64,000 bases of DNA from Alphaproteobacteria bacterium. GTDB taxonomy: Bacteria; Pseudomonadota; Alphaproteobacteria; UBA6615. Positions 1 through 10,277 of the stretch are shown here, piece after piece. The stretch covers positions 32,001-96,000 of the forward strand of contig CBDHEC010000003.1 of the NCBI GenBank assembly GCA_965261975.1, in the 5' to 3' direction. The position numbers and the translations under genes were made by a program. The notes under the pieces were generated by a model. It had not been told where the DNA came from and did not search any database. It saw nothing but the letters and a program-made list of their open reading frames with translations. Every line of letters begins with the position of its first letter. Position 1 is the first letter of the stretch.

Positions 1-885
1 GTCGGCTTCGCCGAACACCAGCGCACCGTCAACCGCCCGCGCACGAACCAGATGAGCAAAGCCGTCGCCCCAGGGCGTCGACAATTCGAGACGCACCGGC
101 ACCCGTCCGGGCTCGACACCGATATCGGCCAGCCAGATCGATACCTCAAGATCCTGTAACCGTTTGCGGTCAGGCTTGAAGCCGGCAATCCGCTCGAATG
201 TCAGGTGACAACCCTCGACGCGGCCCTCAAATGGCGCGGCGTTGCTCTTCTTGAAGCTGCGCGGCGCCAACGCCTCCATATTCGCGTCATACCGTCGACG
301 GCCGTCATAGACGGCAGTGTTCGGGCGGCACGAACCCTCCATCGCGCTGGTCAGCACCAGCGCGGTGACGGCGGTCGTCGGATCGACCGCACCCGGGATC
401 AGCGCCGGATCGACGCGTTTGATGTCATCTTCGCCATAAGGCGGCTCGGCCGTGACGGTCCGCTCGCCATCCTCGGTATAATCGATCGCGACCGTGCGCT
501 GGCGACTGCGCCAGATGTTTGCCGTCCGGTACTTCTCGGGGGCGATCTCGCCGTCGCGCCAGTCGCCGCTGCTCGATGCCTCAAGGCTCCAGTTGAACAG
601 CGCCCCGATAATCCCCGACGTCTCGAGCCTGACCCGGGTCTCATAGCCCGGATCGGTCAATTCCACTTCGAAGTCGAAGCGGATGGCGCGCAGGCCGCCC
701 GTATAGACGTCGTAAGTAAGCGCGAAACCCTCGCTCGCCTCACGCAGCGGCTGATCGGCAGGTGCCATGGCCTGCTCGTCGGCAGCAGATACCCCCCCGA
801 GGCACAGGGCGACCGCAGCCCCGGCAAATGCGACGCTTCGGATAAACCTGCCACGAATCTCGGATTTGCGATCTTCAAGATCCAT
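1..885 (-). CDS. DUF3108-family exported protein (runs off window start)
   Basis: Absent from the ORF track because it is open to the window edge. Hand translation from ATG 885: MDLEDRKSEIRGRFIRSVAFAGAAVALCLGG (signal-like)...LTYDVYTGGLRA...GAVDPTTAV...AVYDGRRRYD. The YDGRRRYD and DP motifs are typical of alphaproteobacterial DUF3108. Confidence 0.75.
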   Translation of the reverse strand, partial: MDLEDRKSEIRGRFIRSVAFAGAAVALCLGGVSAADEQAMAPADQPLREASEGFALTYDVYTGGLRAIRFDFEVELTDPGYETRVRLETSGIIGALFNWSLEASSSGDWRDGEIAPEKYRTANIWRSRQRTVAIDYTEDGERTVTAEPPYGEDDIKRVDPALIPGAVDPTTAVTALVLTSAMEGSCRPNTAVYDGRRRYDANMEALAPRSFKKSNAAPFEGRVEGCHLTFERIAGFKPDRKRLQDLEVSIWLADIGVEPGRVPVRLELSTPWGDGFAHLVRARAVDGALVFGEAD

Positions 886-1112
886 CCCGTCATCTACGCC
901 CAAGATAGCGGCGATTTCAAGGAGATCGATCCGCGCATGCACTGACCCAGGAAACGAGGCATGCCGGCGGTCTGGGAAAAGGGCCTACTTTTCGACAGGC
1001 GATATGGGACTTTGTGCCGAGACCATCGGGCTTGGAGGGCGGCGCGGCCATCGTCTAAGCTTTGTCCAATCGCTTTGATGGCGAACAGAATATGAGTAGG
1101 GAGCTCAGCACG

Positions 1113-2438
1113 ATGCCGAAAAAATCTGACCGGGATTTCATCAACGCCCTCAACCGGCGGATGTTCATCAAATACACCACCAGCGCCGCGGCGGTCGCCG
1201 CAACGACAGGGCTGGCGGCTCCGGCCGTTCACGCTCAAGCGCGGCCGGTAAAGATCGGTTTTGTCAGCCCGCAGACCGGACCGCTGGCACCCTTCGGTGA
1301 AGCCGATCGCTTCGTGCTGGCCGACGTCAACAAGGCGCTCGCCGGCGGCATCCAGATCGGCAAGAAAACCCACCCGGTCGAGATCATCGCGCGGGATTCC
1401 CAGTCCAACCCGAACCGCGCCGCCGAGGTAGCCGCGGAGCTGATCCTCGAGGACGAGGTCAACATGATGATCGGTTCGTCCACCGGCGACACGGTCAACC
1501 CGGTGTCGGACCAGTGCGAGGCGAACGAGATTCCCTGTGTCACGTCGGACACGCCTTGGCAGATCGTCTATTTCGGGCGCGGCGCCACGCCGGACCAGGG
1601 CTTCAAATGGACCTATCACTTTTTCTGGGGCATCGACGACATGCTCGGCGTGTTCATGAGCATGTGGAACCAGCTCGACACGAACCGGAAGATCGGCAGC
1701 CTGATGATCAACGACGCCGATGGCGTCGTCGGCGGCGACCCCAAGCGCGGCTTCCGGCCGCCGATGGAGGGCGCAGGCTTCGAGTACAACCAGCCGCCGC
1801 TCTACCCGCCCGGGACCAGTGACTTCACCGCCCAGATCAACCAGTTCAAGTCGGACGGCGTGGAAATTCTCACCGGCATCTCGATCCCGCCGGACTTCTC
1901 GACCTTCTGGACCCAGGCCGCGCAGCAGGGCCTGACCCGGCAGCTCAAGGCCGCGACCATGGCCAAGGCGGCGCTCTTCCCGCCCGCCATCGAGGCGCTG
2001 GGCGAGCGCGGCGACGGGCTGACGGCGGAAGTCTGGTGGTCGCCGTCCCATCCCTTCCGATCGGGCCTGACAGGCCAGTCCTCGGCCCAGTATGCGGCCG
2101 CCTACACCGCCGCGACCGGCCGCCAGTGGACCCAGCCCCTGGGCTTCAAGCATGCCAATATCGAAGTTGCGATCGACGTGCTCAAGCGCTGCGGCGACCC
2201 GGGCGACCCCGAGGCGATCCTGAACGCGATCGAGAACACCAACTACGAATCCATCGTCGGGCCGATCTCGTGGAAGTTCGACGACCGGCGCAACCCGGTG
2301 AAGAATGCCTGCCGCACGCCGCTGGTCGGCGGCCAGTGGAAGGCCCAGGCCGACAAGAACAAGTACGACCTGGTGATCGTCGACAATGCACAGGCCCCCA
2401 ACATCCCGCTCGGTGGGGACCTGCAGCCGCTCAGCTAG
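1113..2438 (+). CDS. Branched-chain amino acid-type ABC transporter substrate-binding protein with Tat signal
   Basis: LNRRMFIK twin-arginine leader; KIGFVSPQTGPLAPFGE, RDSQSNPNRAAE type I periplasmic binding fold. Start could be 1092 or 1113. Confidence 0.9.
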   Translation: MPKKSDRDFINALNRRMFIKYTTSAAAVAATTGLAAPAVHAQARPVKIGFVSPQTGPLAPFGEADRFVLADVNKALAGGIQIGKKTHPVEIIARDSQSNPNRAAEVAAELILEDEVNMMIGSSTGDTVNPVSDQCEANEIPCVTSDTPWQIVYFGRGATPDQGFKWTYHFFWGIDDMLGVFMSMWNQLDTNRKIGSLMINDADGVVGGDPKRGFRPPMEGAGFEYNQPPLYPPGTSDFTAQINQFKSDGVEILTGISIPPDFSTFWTQAAQQGLTRQLKAATMAKAALFPPAIEALGERGDGLTAEVWWSPSHPFRSGLTGQSSAQYAAAYTAATGRQWTQPLGFKHANIEVAIDVLKRCGDPGDPEAILNAIENTNYESIVGPISWKFDDRRNPVKNACRTPLVGGQWKAQADKNKYDLVIVDNAQAPNIPLGGDLQPLS

Positions 2439-2525
2439 CCTGGCGGTACATATATTTCGCGTCGACGGCGGGCGCGCGCGATGCGTGCCCGCCGTTCGTA
2501 CACCGCCTCACAGGCCGGACCCTTC

Positions 2526-3251
2526 ATGCCCGCGATCCTCAGCATCGAGAATTTGTCGAAGAGCTTCGGTTCGCTACGCGTCACCGACGCCTTCGATGCC
2601 GAGCTGAACGAAGGTGAGGCGCTTGGCATCATCGGGCCGAACGGGGCTGGCAAAAGCACCCTCTTCAATCTGATCACCGGCGGCCTTAGCCCCGACGGCG
2701 GCCGGATCACCTTCGACGGCGCCGACATCACCCGAATGCCCGCTCATGAGCGTTGCCGGGCCGGCATCGGGCGCTCCTATCAGATTCCGCATCCATTCGG
2801 TGGCATGACGGTGTTCGAGAATCTGCTGGTCGGCGCGGCGTTCGGCGGCAAACGCAAGGAAGCCGAGTCCCACGGGCCTTGCGTGGAGATTCTCGATCTC
2901 ACCGGCCTGCGCGGCAAGGCCAACACGCTTGCTGGCTCGCTCACCCTGCTCGAACGCAAGCGGCTCGAGATGGCGCGGGCGCTCGCAACCGACCCCAAGC
3001 TCCTGCTGCTCGACGAGATCGCCGGCGGCCTGACGGATCACGAGGTGCGCGAACTCGTCGAGACGATCAAGAACATCCATGCCAGCGGCGTCTCGATCAT
3101 CTGGATCGAGCATATCGTGCACGCGCTCATGTCGGTTGTGGACCGACTGATCGTCATAAACTTCGGCAAGAAGCTCGACGACGGCTACCCCCAAACCGTC
3201 TTCAACAGCCAGGCGGTGCAGGAAATCTACATGGGGATCGATATCGAATGA
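2526..3251 (+). CDS. livG: ABC transporter ATP-binding protein (LivG-like)
   Basis: Walker [16 protein letters not shown] Walker B, IEH switch. Confidence 0.88.
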   Translation: MPAILSIENLSKSFGSLRVTDAFDAELNEGEALGIIGPNGAGKSTLFNLITGGLSPDGGRITFDGADITRMPAHERCRAGIGRSYQIPHPFGGMTVFENLLVGAAFGGKRKEAESHGPCVEILDLTGLRGKANTLAGSLTLLERKRLEMARALATDPKLLLLDEIAGGLTDHEVRELVETIKNIHASGVSIIWIEHIVHALMSVVDRLIVINFGKKLDDGYPQTVFNSQAVQEIYMGIDIE

Positions 3252-3947
3252 ACCTGCTGGAGATCCGCAACCTCGATTCCTTTTACGGTGACTTCCAGGC
3301 CCTTTTCGGCATCGACTTCGAGCTGGACGAAGGCGAGACCGTCGCCATCATCGGCGCGAACGGCGCCGGCAAATCGACCTTTCTGCGCGCACTGACCGGG
3401 CTCGTCGCCTCGTCGTCCGAGGCGCTCGTCTACCGGAATGCATCGATCGCCGGCCGCGCCGCCTCGGAAATCGTCGGCCTGGGCATCGCCATGGTGCCCG
3501 AGGGTCGGCGCCTCTTCCGCAGCCTGAGCGTCGAAGAAAACCTTCAGATGGGCAGCTATCTGGGACGCCCGGGGCGGCTGGACGCTGGAACGCATCTACG
3601 AGCTATTCCCGGTGCTCGCCCAGCGGCGAAACGTGCCGGGCACGTCGCTGAGCGGCGGCGAACAGCAGATGACCGCCATCGGACGGGCGCTGATGTCCAA
3701 TCCCGACCTGCTGCTGTTCGACGAGTTGTCCCTCGGCCTCGCCCCCATCGTCATCCGCGACATCTACGCAAGCCTCGCCGCGATCAAGGACGACGACACC
3801 TCGCTGATCGTGGTCGAGCAGGACATCAACCAGGCGCTCGCCGTCGCCGACCGGGTCTACTGTTTCCAGGAGGGTCGGGTGTCGCTGAGCGGCGCGCCGG
3901 GCGATCTCTCCCGCGAACAAATCGCCAACGCGTATTTTGGACACTGA
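3248..3947 (+). CDS. livF: ABC transporter ATP-binding protein (LivF-like), split by an apparent +1 frameshift near 3572
   Basis: MNLLEIRNLDSFYG...GANGAGKST...VPEGRRLF in one frame. WTLERIYELFPVL...LSGGEQQM...LLLFDE in the next frame. Removing one G from the cggggcgg run restores GRPGGWTLERIY. Confidence 0.85.
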
Positions 3948-3952
3948 CGATC

Positions 3953-4825
3953 ATGATGGAATGGGCCAACACGATCATCCAGGGCGTCCTCACGGGCGGG
4001 CTTTACGCCATGTTCGCCGCGGGGCTGGCGATCATCTTCGGCGTCATGCGACTGGTTAACATCGCCCATGGCGACCTGATCGTGCTCGCTGCATTCGTCG
4101 CCATGGTGGTGATCGAAACGGCCGGCGTGAACCCGTTCTTCAGCCTGCTGGCCGTGCTGCCGGTCATGTTCGTGATCGGCTACCTCCTGCAGCGCGGCAT
4201 CCTGAACTTCACGCTGGGCGACGACCTGCTACCCCCGCTGCTGGTGACCTTCGGTATCTCGATCATCCTGCAGAACCTGATGCTTGAAATCTTCTCGGCG
4301 GACACCCGGCGCCTGCAGGCCGGACCGATCGAAGTCCAGAGTATCGCACTTGCCGAGGGGCTGGAGATCGGGGTCCTGCCGCTGATCGTGTTCGTCGTCG
4401 CGGTGGCGATGATCGGCGCGGTGCAACTGCTGTTCACGCGCACGAAAATCGGCCGCGCGTTCCGCGCCACCTCCGACGACCCGGATACCGCCCAGCTGAT
4501 GGGCGTCAATCACCGCTATATCTTTGCGCTCGCCATGGCGCTGTCGCTTGTACTGGTCGGGATCGCGGGCATGTTCATGGGCATCCGCACCAACTTCGAC
4601 CCCTCCATCGGTCCCTCGCGCCTGTTGTTCGCCTTCGAGGCGGTGATCATCGGCGGCCTGGGGTCCATCTGGGGTACGCTCGCCGGCGGCATCATCCTGG
4701 CGGTGGCACAGAATATCGGCGCGAAGATCGACCCGGGCTGGCAGATCCTGGCAGGCCATATTGCCTTCCTTGTGGTGCTGGTAATCCGGCCCAACGGCCT
4801 GTTCCCGAGGACGCGCGATGACTGA
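3953..4825 (+). CDS. livH: Branched-chain amino acid ABC permease (LivH-like)
   Basis: GVLTGGLYAMFAAGLAIIFGVMRLVNIAHG; TKIGRAFRATSDDPDTAQLMGVN; IIGGLGS. Confidence 0.9.
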   Translation: MMEWANTIIQGVLTGGLYAMFAAGLAIIFGVMRLVNIAHGDLIVLAAFVAMVVIETAGVNPFFSLLAVLPVMFVIGYLLQRGILNFTLGDDLLPPLLVTFGISIILQNLMLEIFSADTRRLQAGPIEVQSIALAEGLEIGVLPLIVFVVAVAMIGAVQLLFTRTKIGRAFRATSDDPDTAQLMGVNHRYIFALAMALSLVLVGIAGMFMGIRTNFDPSIGPSRLLFAFEAVIIGGLGSIWGTLAGGIILAVAQNIGAKIDPGWQILAGHIAFLVVLVIRPNGLFPRTRDD

Positions 4826-5844
4826 GCGCGCGCCTGGTTTCTCCGTCCTGCGCTCCACCCGCGCGAGCCGCGCCGGCGCACTCGCCGCCGGGCTGCTGTT
4901 TCTGGTGCTTGTCGCCGGCCCGTATATCTTCGACCGGGCGACGATGCGGCTCATGGTCGAGATCTTCTACTTCCTGGCACTGGCCCAGATGTGGAACCTG
5001 CTGGCGGGCTATGGCGGGCTGGTCTCGGTGGGCCAGCAGGCGTTCGTCGGGCTCGGCGGCTATATGCTGTTCATCCTCGCCATCCAGTTCGGCGTCGGCC
5101 CGCTCTGGACCGTGCCGCTGGCCGGGCTGATCGGCGGCATCGTCGCCCTCCCCGTCGCCTTCCTGGTGTTCCGGCTGCGCGGCCATTACTTCGCCATCGG
5201 CACCTGGGTGGTGGCGGAGGTCTTCCTGCTGGGCTTCGCCCAGATGCAGTCGCTCGGCGGCGGGTCGGGTATGAGCCTGCCAATCTCGGTGGTGAAATCG
5301 ATCGCGCCCAGCCGGGCGGGACGGGACTCGGCCGTTTACTGGATGGCTCTGGGCGTGGCGATCGTCGTGATCGCAGGCGTCTATCTCTTGCTACGCTCGC
5401 GCCACGGGCTGGCGCTCACCGCGATCCGGGATTCCGAGGAAGCCTCGCGCAGCCTCGGCGTCGACAATCTGCGAACCAAACTCCTGGTGTTCGTCATCGC
5501 GGCCTGCGGCACGTCCGCCATCGGCGCACTGATCTACATGACCAAGCTGCGCATCTCGCCCAGCGCAGCCTTCGACATCAACTGGACGACGACGGTCATC
5601 TTCATCGTCGTGATCGGCGGCATCGGCACCATCGAAGGCCCGATCATCGGCACCATCATCTTTTTCCTGCTGCGCGAGCCGTTGGCACAATACGGCAGGC
5701 TGGTACCTGATGCTGCTCGGCGCGATCGCCGTGGTGATCATGCTGAAGGCGCCCCAGGGTGTGTGGGGCCTGATCGCCCAGCGCTACGACCTGCGCTTCT
5801 TCCCTGTCCAACGACGGGTCTACTTCCGGGACGACCCCGACTGA
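4818..5844 (+). CDS. livM: Branched-chain amino acid ABC permease (LivM-like), apparent +1 frameshift near 5698
   Basis: WNLLAGYGGLVSVGQQAF, RLRGHYFAIGT, VIGGIGTIEGPIIG. After removing one G the C-terminus continues WYLMLLGAIAVVIMLKAPQGVWG...DDPD* (TGA 5842-5844). Confidence 0.85.
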
Positions 5845-5892
5845 GCCCGAAGGCCGTCATCACGGTCCATCACCGCGACCATGTTGGCGAAC

Positions 5893-5922
5893 TTGACACC
5901 GGCGAACCGGTCGCCCTATAGG
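5893..5922 (+). promoter_or_regulatory. Putative sigma70 promoter of tRNA-Val
   Basis: TTGACA (5893-5898), 18-nt spacer, TATAGG (5917-5922), 30 nt upstream of the tRNA. Confidence 0.6.
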
Positions 5923-5951
5923 TCCGGTCCCCACTCGGGATCCCCATGGAG

Positions 5952-6026
5952 GGGCGCGTAGCTCAGCGGGAGAGCACTGCCTTCACACGGCAGGGGTCAC
6001 AGGTTCAATCCCTGTCGCGCCCACCA
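5952..6026 (+). tRNA. tRNA-Val (anticodon CAC)
   Basis: Acceptor GGGCGCG/CGCGCCC, D arm TAGCTCAGCGGGAGAGC, anticodon arm CTGCC-TTCACAC-GGCAG, T loop GGTTCAATCC, encoded CCA. Confidence 0.97.
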
Positions 6027-6085
6027 TTTTCCTCATTAAAGTCGAAGTTCACGTGACGGTGGGATCGTCTTCGATCGCACGCGCG

Positions 6086-6259
6086 TCAGGACCGGTTGAT
6101 GTCTTCGACCTGGGGACCACGCGAGAGGGGGAGAGTCCCGATGGTGCCGACTGTACCCGGCCCAGATGTCGGCCCTGCCGGGCGATCGAGCGCCTCGTCC
6201 GAGAGGTCGTCGCCGTCGAATTCTGGCTTCACATCCGATTTGGAAATACTTGAGGTCAT
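6086..6259 (-). CDS. Putative RiPP precursor-like peptide B2 (57 aa)
   Basis: Not in the ORF track (<60 aa). MTSSISKSDVKPEFDGDDLSDEALDRPAGPTSGPGTVGTIGTLPLSRGPQVEDINRS*, with upstream AAGGAAAGG. Clear paralog of 6406-6591. Confidence 0.75.
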   Translation of the reverse strand: MTSSISKSDVKPEFDGDDLSDEALDRPAGPTSGPGTVGTIGTLPLSRGPQVEDINRS

Positions 6260-6261
6260 GA

Positions 6262-6381
6262 CTAGAGCCTTTCCTTGGGGTTCGCGTTTGGACAGGCTGA
6301 GCCGGCGCAGGCGGCGGAACCTTTGATGGTAAAGCCGGCCGTTGAGTTAAACGTCCCGCTTCCAACCTTAGAACCGGCGGC
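6262..6381 (-). pseudogene. Leaderless remnant of precursor-like peptide A2
   Basis: AAGSKVGSGTFNSTAGFTIKGSAACAGSACPNANPKERL*, preceded by an in-frame TAA and with no start codon. Its beginning aligns with A1 ([10 protein letters not shown]), and it ends stop-TC-ATG like A1. Confidence 0.55.
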
Positions 6382-6405
6382 TTAGCCGCCGACTGAGAAA
6401 GCGCG

Positions 6406-6591
6406 TCAGGACTGGGTGATCGTCTCGGACTTTGCACCGGCTGTGCCGATGATAGACCCGATGCAGCCGGTGGCAGACCCGATGGCGGTACCCAACGTGC
6501 CGGGCCCGGCGGAAGGCCCCACGGGGCGATCGAGGGCTTCATCCGACAGTTCGTCGCCGTCGAACTCCAGTTTCGTACTACTTGTGCTCAT
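6406..6591 (-). CDS. Putative RiPP precursor-like peptide B1 (61 aa)
   Basis: MSTSSTKLEFDGDELSDEALDRPVGPSAGPGTLGTAIGSATGCIGSIIGTAGAKSETITQS*, with purine-rich GGGAGAAAAGGG upstream. Confidence 0.75.
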   Translation of the reverse strand: MSTSSTKLEFDGDELSDEALDRPVGPSAGPGTLGTAIGSATGCIGSIIGTAGAKSETITQS

Positions 6592-6593
6592 GA

Positions 6594-6935
<342 letters not shown>

Positions 6936-6945
6936 TCGAGCCGGG

Positions 6946-7632
6946 CTAGCGGCGCTCGTATTGCCGGTCGCCGAAATAGTTCTTCAACGTTTCGGCGTCG
7001 GGCTTCTCGGGCTTGCCCATGAGTTTAGTGCCGCGCTGCACGGCCGGGCGTGCGCCGATCTCGTCGAGCCAGCGCTGGACATTCTTGAACTCGGAGATGT
7101 CGAAGCCCCGGCGCTCCCAGGAATAGGTCCAGGCGTAGGTGGCCATGTCGGCGATGGTGTATTCGTCGCCGGCCAGGAACCGGGTCTCGCCCAGGCGGCG
7201 GTCCATCACGCCATACAGGCGCATGCATTCCTTGGTATAGCGCTCGACCGAATAGTCGAAGGTCTCGGGCGCGTAGGTGGTGAAGTGGCTGTACTGGCCG
7301 AACATCGGGCCGATGCCGCCCATCTGGAACATCAGCCACTGGATCACCTGATAGCGCGCGGCCATGTCCTGGGGCAGGAACTTCCCGGTCTTCTCGGCGA
7401 GATACATCATCATCGCGCCGGTCTCGAAGACGACATAGTCCTCGCCGTCGGGACCTTCCGTGTCGACCAGTACCGGGATCTTGTTGTTCGGGCTGAGCTT
7501 CAGGAACTCGGGCTCGAACTGCTCGCCCTTGCCGATGTTCAGCGGGTGCAGCTCGTAGGGAATGCCGAGCTCTTCCATCATGATGTGGAGCTTCTCGCCG
7601 TTGGGCGTCGCCCAGGAGTAGAGGTGGATCAT
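6946..7632 (-). CDS. Glutathione S-transferase, YfcG/YghU (Nu/Ure2-like) type
   Basis: WATPNG, SPNNKIP, FETGAM, QWLMFQMGGIGPMFGQ, YTIADMATYAW. Confidence 0.9.
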   Translation of the reverse strand: MIHLYSWATPNGEKLHIMMEELGIPYELHPLNIGKGEQFEPEFLKLSPNNKIPVLVDTEGPDGEDYVVFETGAMMMYLAEKTGKFLPQDMAARYQVIQWLMFQMGGIGPMFGQYSHFTTYAPETFDYSVERYTKECMRLYGVMDRRLGETRFLAGDEYTIADMATYAWTYSWERRGFDISEFKNVQRWLDEIGARPAVQRGTKLMGKPEKPDAETLKNYFGDRQYERR

Positions 7633-7644
7633 GGTCTTGGTTTC

Positions 7645-8052
7645 CTAGTTCGGCATTTCATCGAAGTTGGTGACGTCACCTGAAAGATCGGCATAGGCCA
7701 GCGCGCGGGCGCAATAGAAGTTGGCGGTCGGCTGTACGAAGCCCGCATCGTCCATGCTGCCGACCTTCACCACGATGGCGGGACGGCCGGCCGTGGTCGA
7801 GAAGAGCTGCGAGCCGCAGTTCGGGCAGAATTCCTTGGTCTTGGTGTTGCCCGCGTCCGAGACATGCTCGAATTTGCGGGTCTCGCCCTGGGTGACCCGT
7901 ACATCGCCCTCGTCGAACATGATGTTGGTGGCGAAGGCCGCCCCGGTGTTCTTCCGGCAATCGTCGCAATGGCAATTCACCATGCGCCGGGGTTCACCGG
8001 AGATCTCGTAACGAATAGCACCACACAAACAGCCACCCGACACCTGCACCAT
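7645..8052 (-). CDS. GFA/CENP-V family zinc protein
   Basis: GGCLCGAIRY, NCHCDDCRK, FCPNCGSQL. Confidence 0.9.
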   Translation of the reverse strand: MVQVSGGCLCGAIRYEISGEPRRMVNCHCDDCRKNTGAAFATNIMFDEGDVRVTQGETRKFEHVSDAGNTKTKEFCPNCGSQLFSTTAGRPAIVVKVGSMDDAGFVQPTANFYCARALAYADLSGDVTNFDEMPN

Positions 8053-8235
8053 CGTTGTTTCTCCTGAGTAGGCTTCGCGATTCGAACAACTGGCCGCCTG
8101 CGCGGGAGGGTTGATCGATGGCCACAACTATGTCCCGACAACCATGCAACAGGTCAACAGCGGCACGGAGAACAAATCTTGTTGCCGCAAGGATCGAGCA
8201 GATTGCCGCAACGGGCCCGGGCGCCTGTGCCGCCC

Positions 8236-9168
8236 CTACCCCCCGAAGCGCGGCTCCGGGACGCCCTGGATGCCGAGCCCGGTGATCTTGAACAACGAGC
8301 CCGCGCCGAACTGGGGCTTGGTCTCGACCACGAAGGTGTCGTGGTGGGCCGCCCCCGGATGGTCGATCCGGGCCATGGTCGTGACGTATATCTCGTCGAG
8401 ATTGTCGCCGCCGAACATGACGCTGGTGACGTTGCGCACCGGCATGCCGATCCGGCGCTCTTCCTGCCCGTCCGGCGTGCGACGCACCACCTCACCGGTC
8501 CGGATCTCCGCGGTCCACACGCAGCCCTCGGCATCGACTGTCGAGCCGTCGCAGATGGCATCGCTTTCCTTCGTCGAGGCGAACTCCCGCTGGTTGGACA
8601 GCGCACCGGTCTCGATGTCGTAGTCATAGGCCCACATGGTGTCCTGGAAGGAACAGGTCACATAGAAGGTCTTGTCGTCGGGCGACCAGCTCGGGCCGTT
8701 GGTGCAGATGATGCCGCCGCCGATCCGGGCGACGGATAAATCCGGGTCGAGCCGCCACAGGCCGCAGATGGCCAACTCCTCCTCGTCATCCATGCCGCCG
8801 GCGATGAACCGGCCGCGCCGATCGACCTTGCCGTCGTTCAGTCGGGTGCGCGGCTGGTCGTCCTCGATCTTGTGGATCAGGTCGAGCGCTTCAGAGTCGA
8901 AGTCGTAGAAATAGAAACCGTCATCCACGGCCATGACGAGGCCGCCATCCTTGCGGATCGCGAGCGCGCCGATGTCGTGATCGGGAATGGACCGCGTCTC
9001 GACCGCACCCGAGCGCGGATCGAGGCGGAAGACATTGTCCTTGCCCTTGCGCCGCCCGGTGCCATCGACCCAGTAGAACAGGCCGGTCTCGACATCCCAG
9101 AGCGGGCTCTCACCCAGGTAATTCTCGCAATCAACGATGCACTCGATCTTGTAAGTCATGGCTTTCAC
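8236..9168 (-). CDS. SMP-30/gluconolactonase/LRE family protein
   Basis: LGESPLWD, RLNDGKVDRRGRF, NGPSWSPD, DGSTVDAEG, FGGDNLDEIYVTT. Confidence 0.9.
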   Translation of the reverse strand: MKAMTYKIECIVDCENYLGESPLWDVETGLFYWVDGTGRRKGKDNVFRLDPRSGAVETRSIPDHDIGALAIRKDGGLVMAVDDGFYFYDFDSEALDLIHKIEDDQPRTRLNDGKVDRRGRFIAGGMDDEEELAICGLWRLDPDLSVARIGGGIICTNGPSWSPDDKTFYVTCSFQDTMWAYDYDIETGALSNQREFASTKESDAICDGSTVDAEGCVWTAEIRTGEVVRRTPDGQEERRIGMPVRNVTSVMFGGDNLDEIYVTTMARIDHPGAAHHDTFVVETKPQFGAGSLFKITGLGIQGVPEPRFGG

Positions 9169-9308
9169 ATTCCAGTCTCAGTAACGCGCTTGATCCATTC
9201 TAACCCATGTCGACACAGGGGTATCCAACGATGCGCCGTATTGCCGACGCAGTAAGGGGCCCCTAGAGTGAACTCGATCCACACGGCCCACTCGTCCGGA
9301 AGTTAAGT

Positions 9309-10193
9309 ATGTTTGCCAATATCGCGTTGTTGCTGGCCCTGTCGCTGACCTGGGCCTCGGGGTATGTGCTGATCCAGCGGGTCGATCTCGTCCTCGCACC
9401 GATCACGGCCACCGCCGCGCTCACGATTGTCGCGACACTATTCCTCTGGGTCGGCGTGCGCGTCGTCCTGCGCAAACCCCTCTGGCCAACCCTGAAACAA
9501 AACCCGATGGCGCCGCTCATCATGGCGGCCACAGCCGTCGGACTGCCACAACTCTCGACGGTCGTCGCGGAAGACATGATTTCACCGGGTCTGGCTACCG
9601 TAACCGGCACGACTGTGCCGATCCTGACCTACCTGACGGCCATGTTCATCCTGAAGAGCGTGCCGCGACGCCTGTCGAGCCTGCTGGGCGTCGCGATCGC
9701 CGTGACGGGAATGGTCATTTTCGCCGATCCGGCCGCGCTGATGCATGAGCATGCCGAGCTTAAGGGCATCGCCATCATGGTGGCCGGGGGCGTGGTTTTC
9801 GTCATCAACGGCCTGTATGCCGCCCAACGCACCAATGAACTCGACCAGTATGTTCTGACCGTCTGGATCATGGGCTTTGCCGCCGCGGGATTGACGGTCA
9901 CCGCCCTGATTGTCGAGGGGGTACCGTCGGCGGTACCGCCGGGCCGGGCCCTTGTCTCTATCGCTGCGGCCGGGGCCGTTCCGATCGGGCTGGCCTACCT
10001 GCTTTACTACCGCCTCCTGGCGCAGGCCGGCGCCAGCTTCACCTCGCTCTATGCCTTTCTGGTGCCGCCGCTCGGTATCGCCTGCGCGGCTCTGTTCGCC
10101 GACGGATCGCTCGATCTGCGTCACCTGGGCGGTGTCGTCATCGTGCTGGCGGGGCTCTGGCTGGTTCTTCGGCCGGGTGCCAAGACGACCTGA
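9309..10193 (+). CDS. DMT/EamA family transporter
   Basis: About 10 hydrophobic segments; LTWASGY, GLAYLLYYRLL, YAFLVP. Confidence 0.8.
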   Translation: MFANIALLLALSLTWASGYVLIQRVDLVLAPITATAALTIVATLFLWVGVRVVLRKPLWPTLKQNPMAPLIMAATAVGLPQLSTVVAEDMISPGLATVTGTTVPILTYLTAMFILKSVPRRLSSLLGVAIAVTGMVIFADPAALMHEHAELKGIAIMVAGGVVFVINGLYAAQRTNELDQYVLTVWIMGFAAAGLTVTALIVEGVPSAVPPGRALVSIAAAGAVPIGLAYLLYYRLLAQAGASFTSLYAFLVPPLGIACAALFADGSLDLRHLGGVVIVLAGLWLVLRPGAKTT

Positions 10194-10277
10194 CGTTTGG
10201 GTCAGGCAAAGCTGGCCGGATCACAAATCGATCCCTAGGCTGGGACCATGAGGGTATTCGATCGGGGGGTCGAGAAT

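Noticed and set aside
205-945. 246-aa + strand ORF
   Set aside because: Antisense shadow of the DUF3108 gene on the minus strand.
2753-4825. 690-aa ORF that looks like an ATPase-permease fusion
   Set aside because: It is a product of the livF +1 frameshift. It joins off-frame sequence, half of LivF and LivH.
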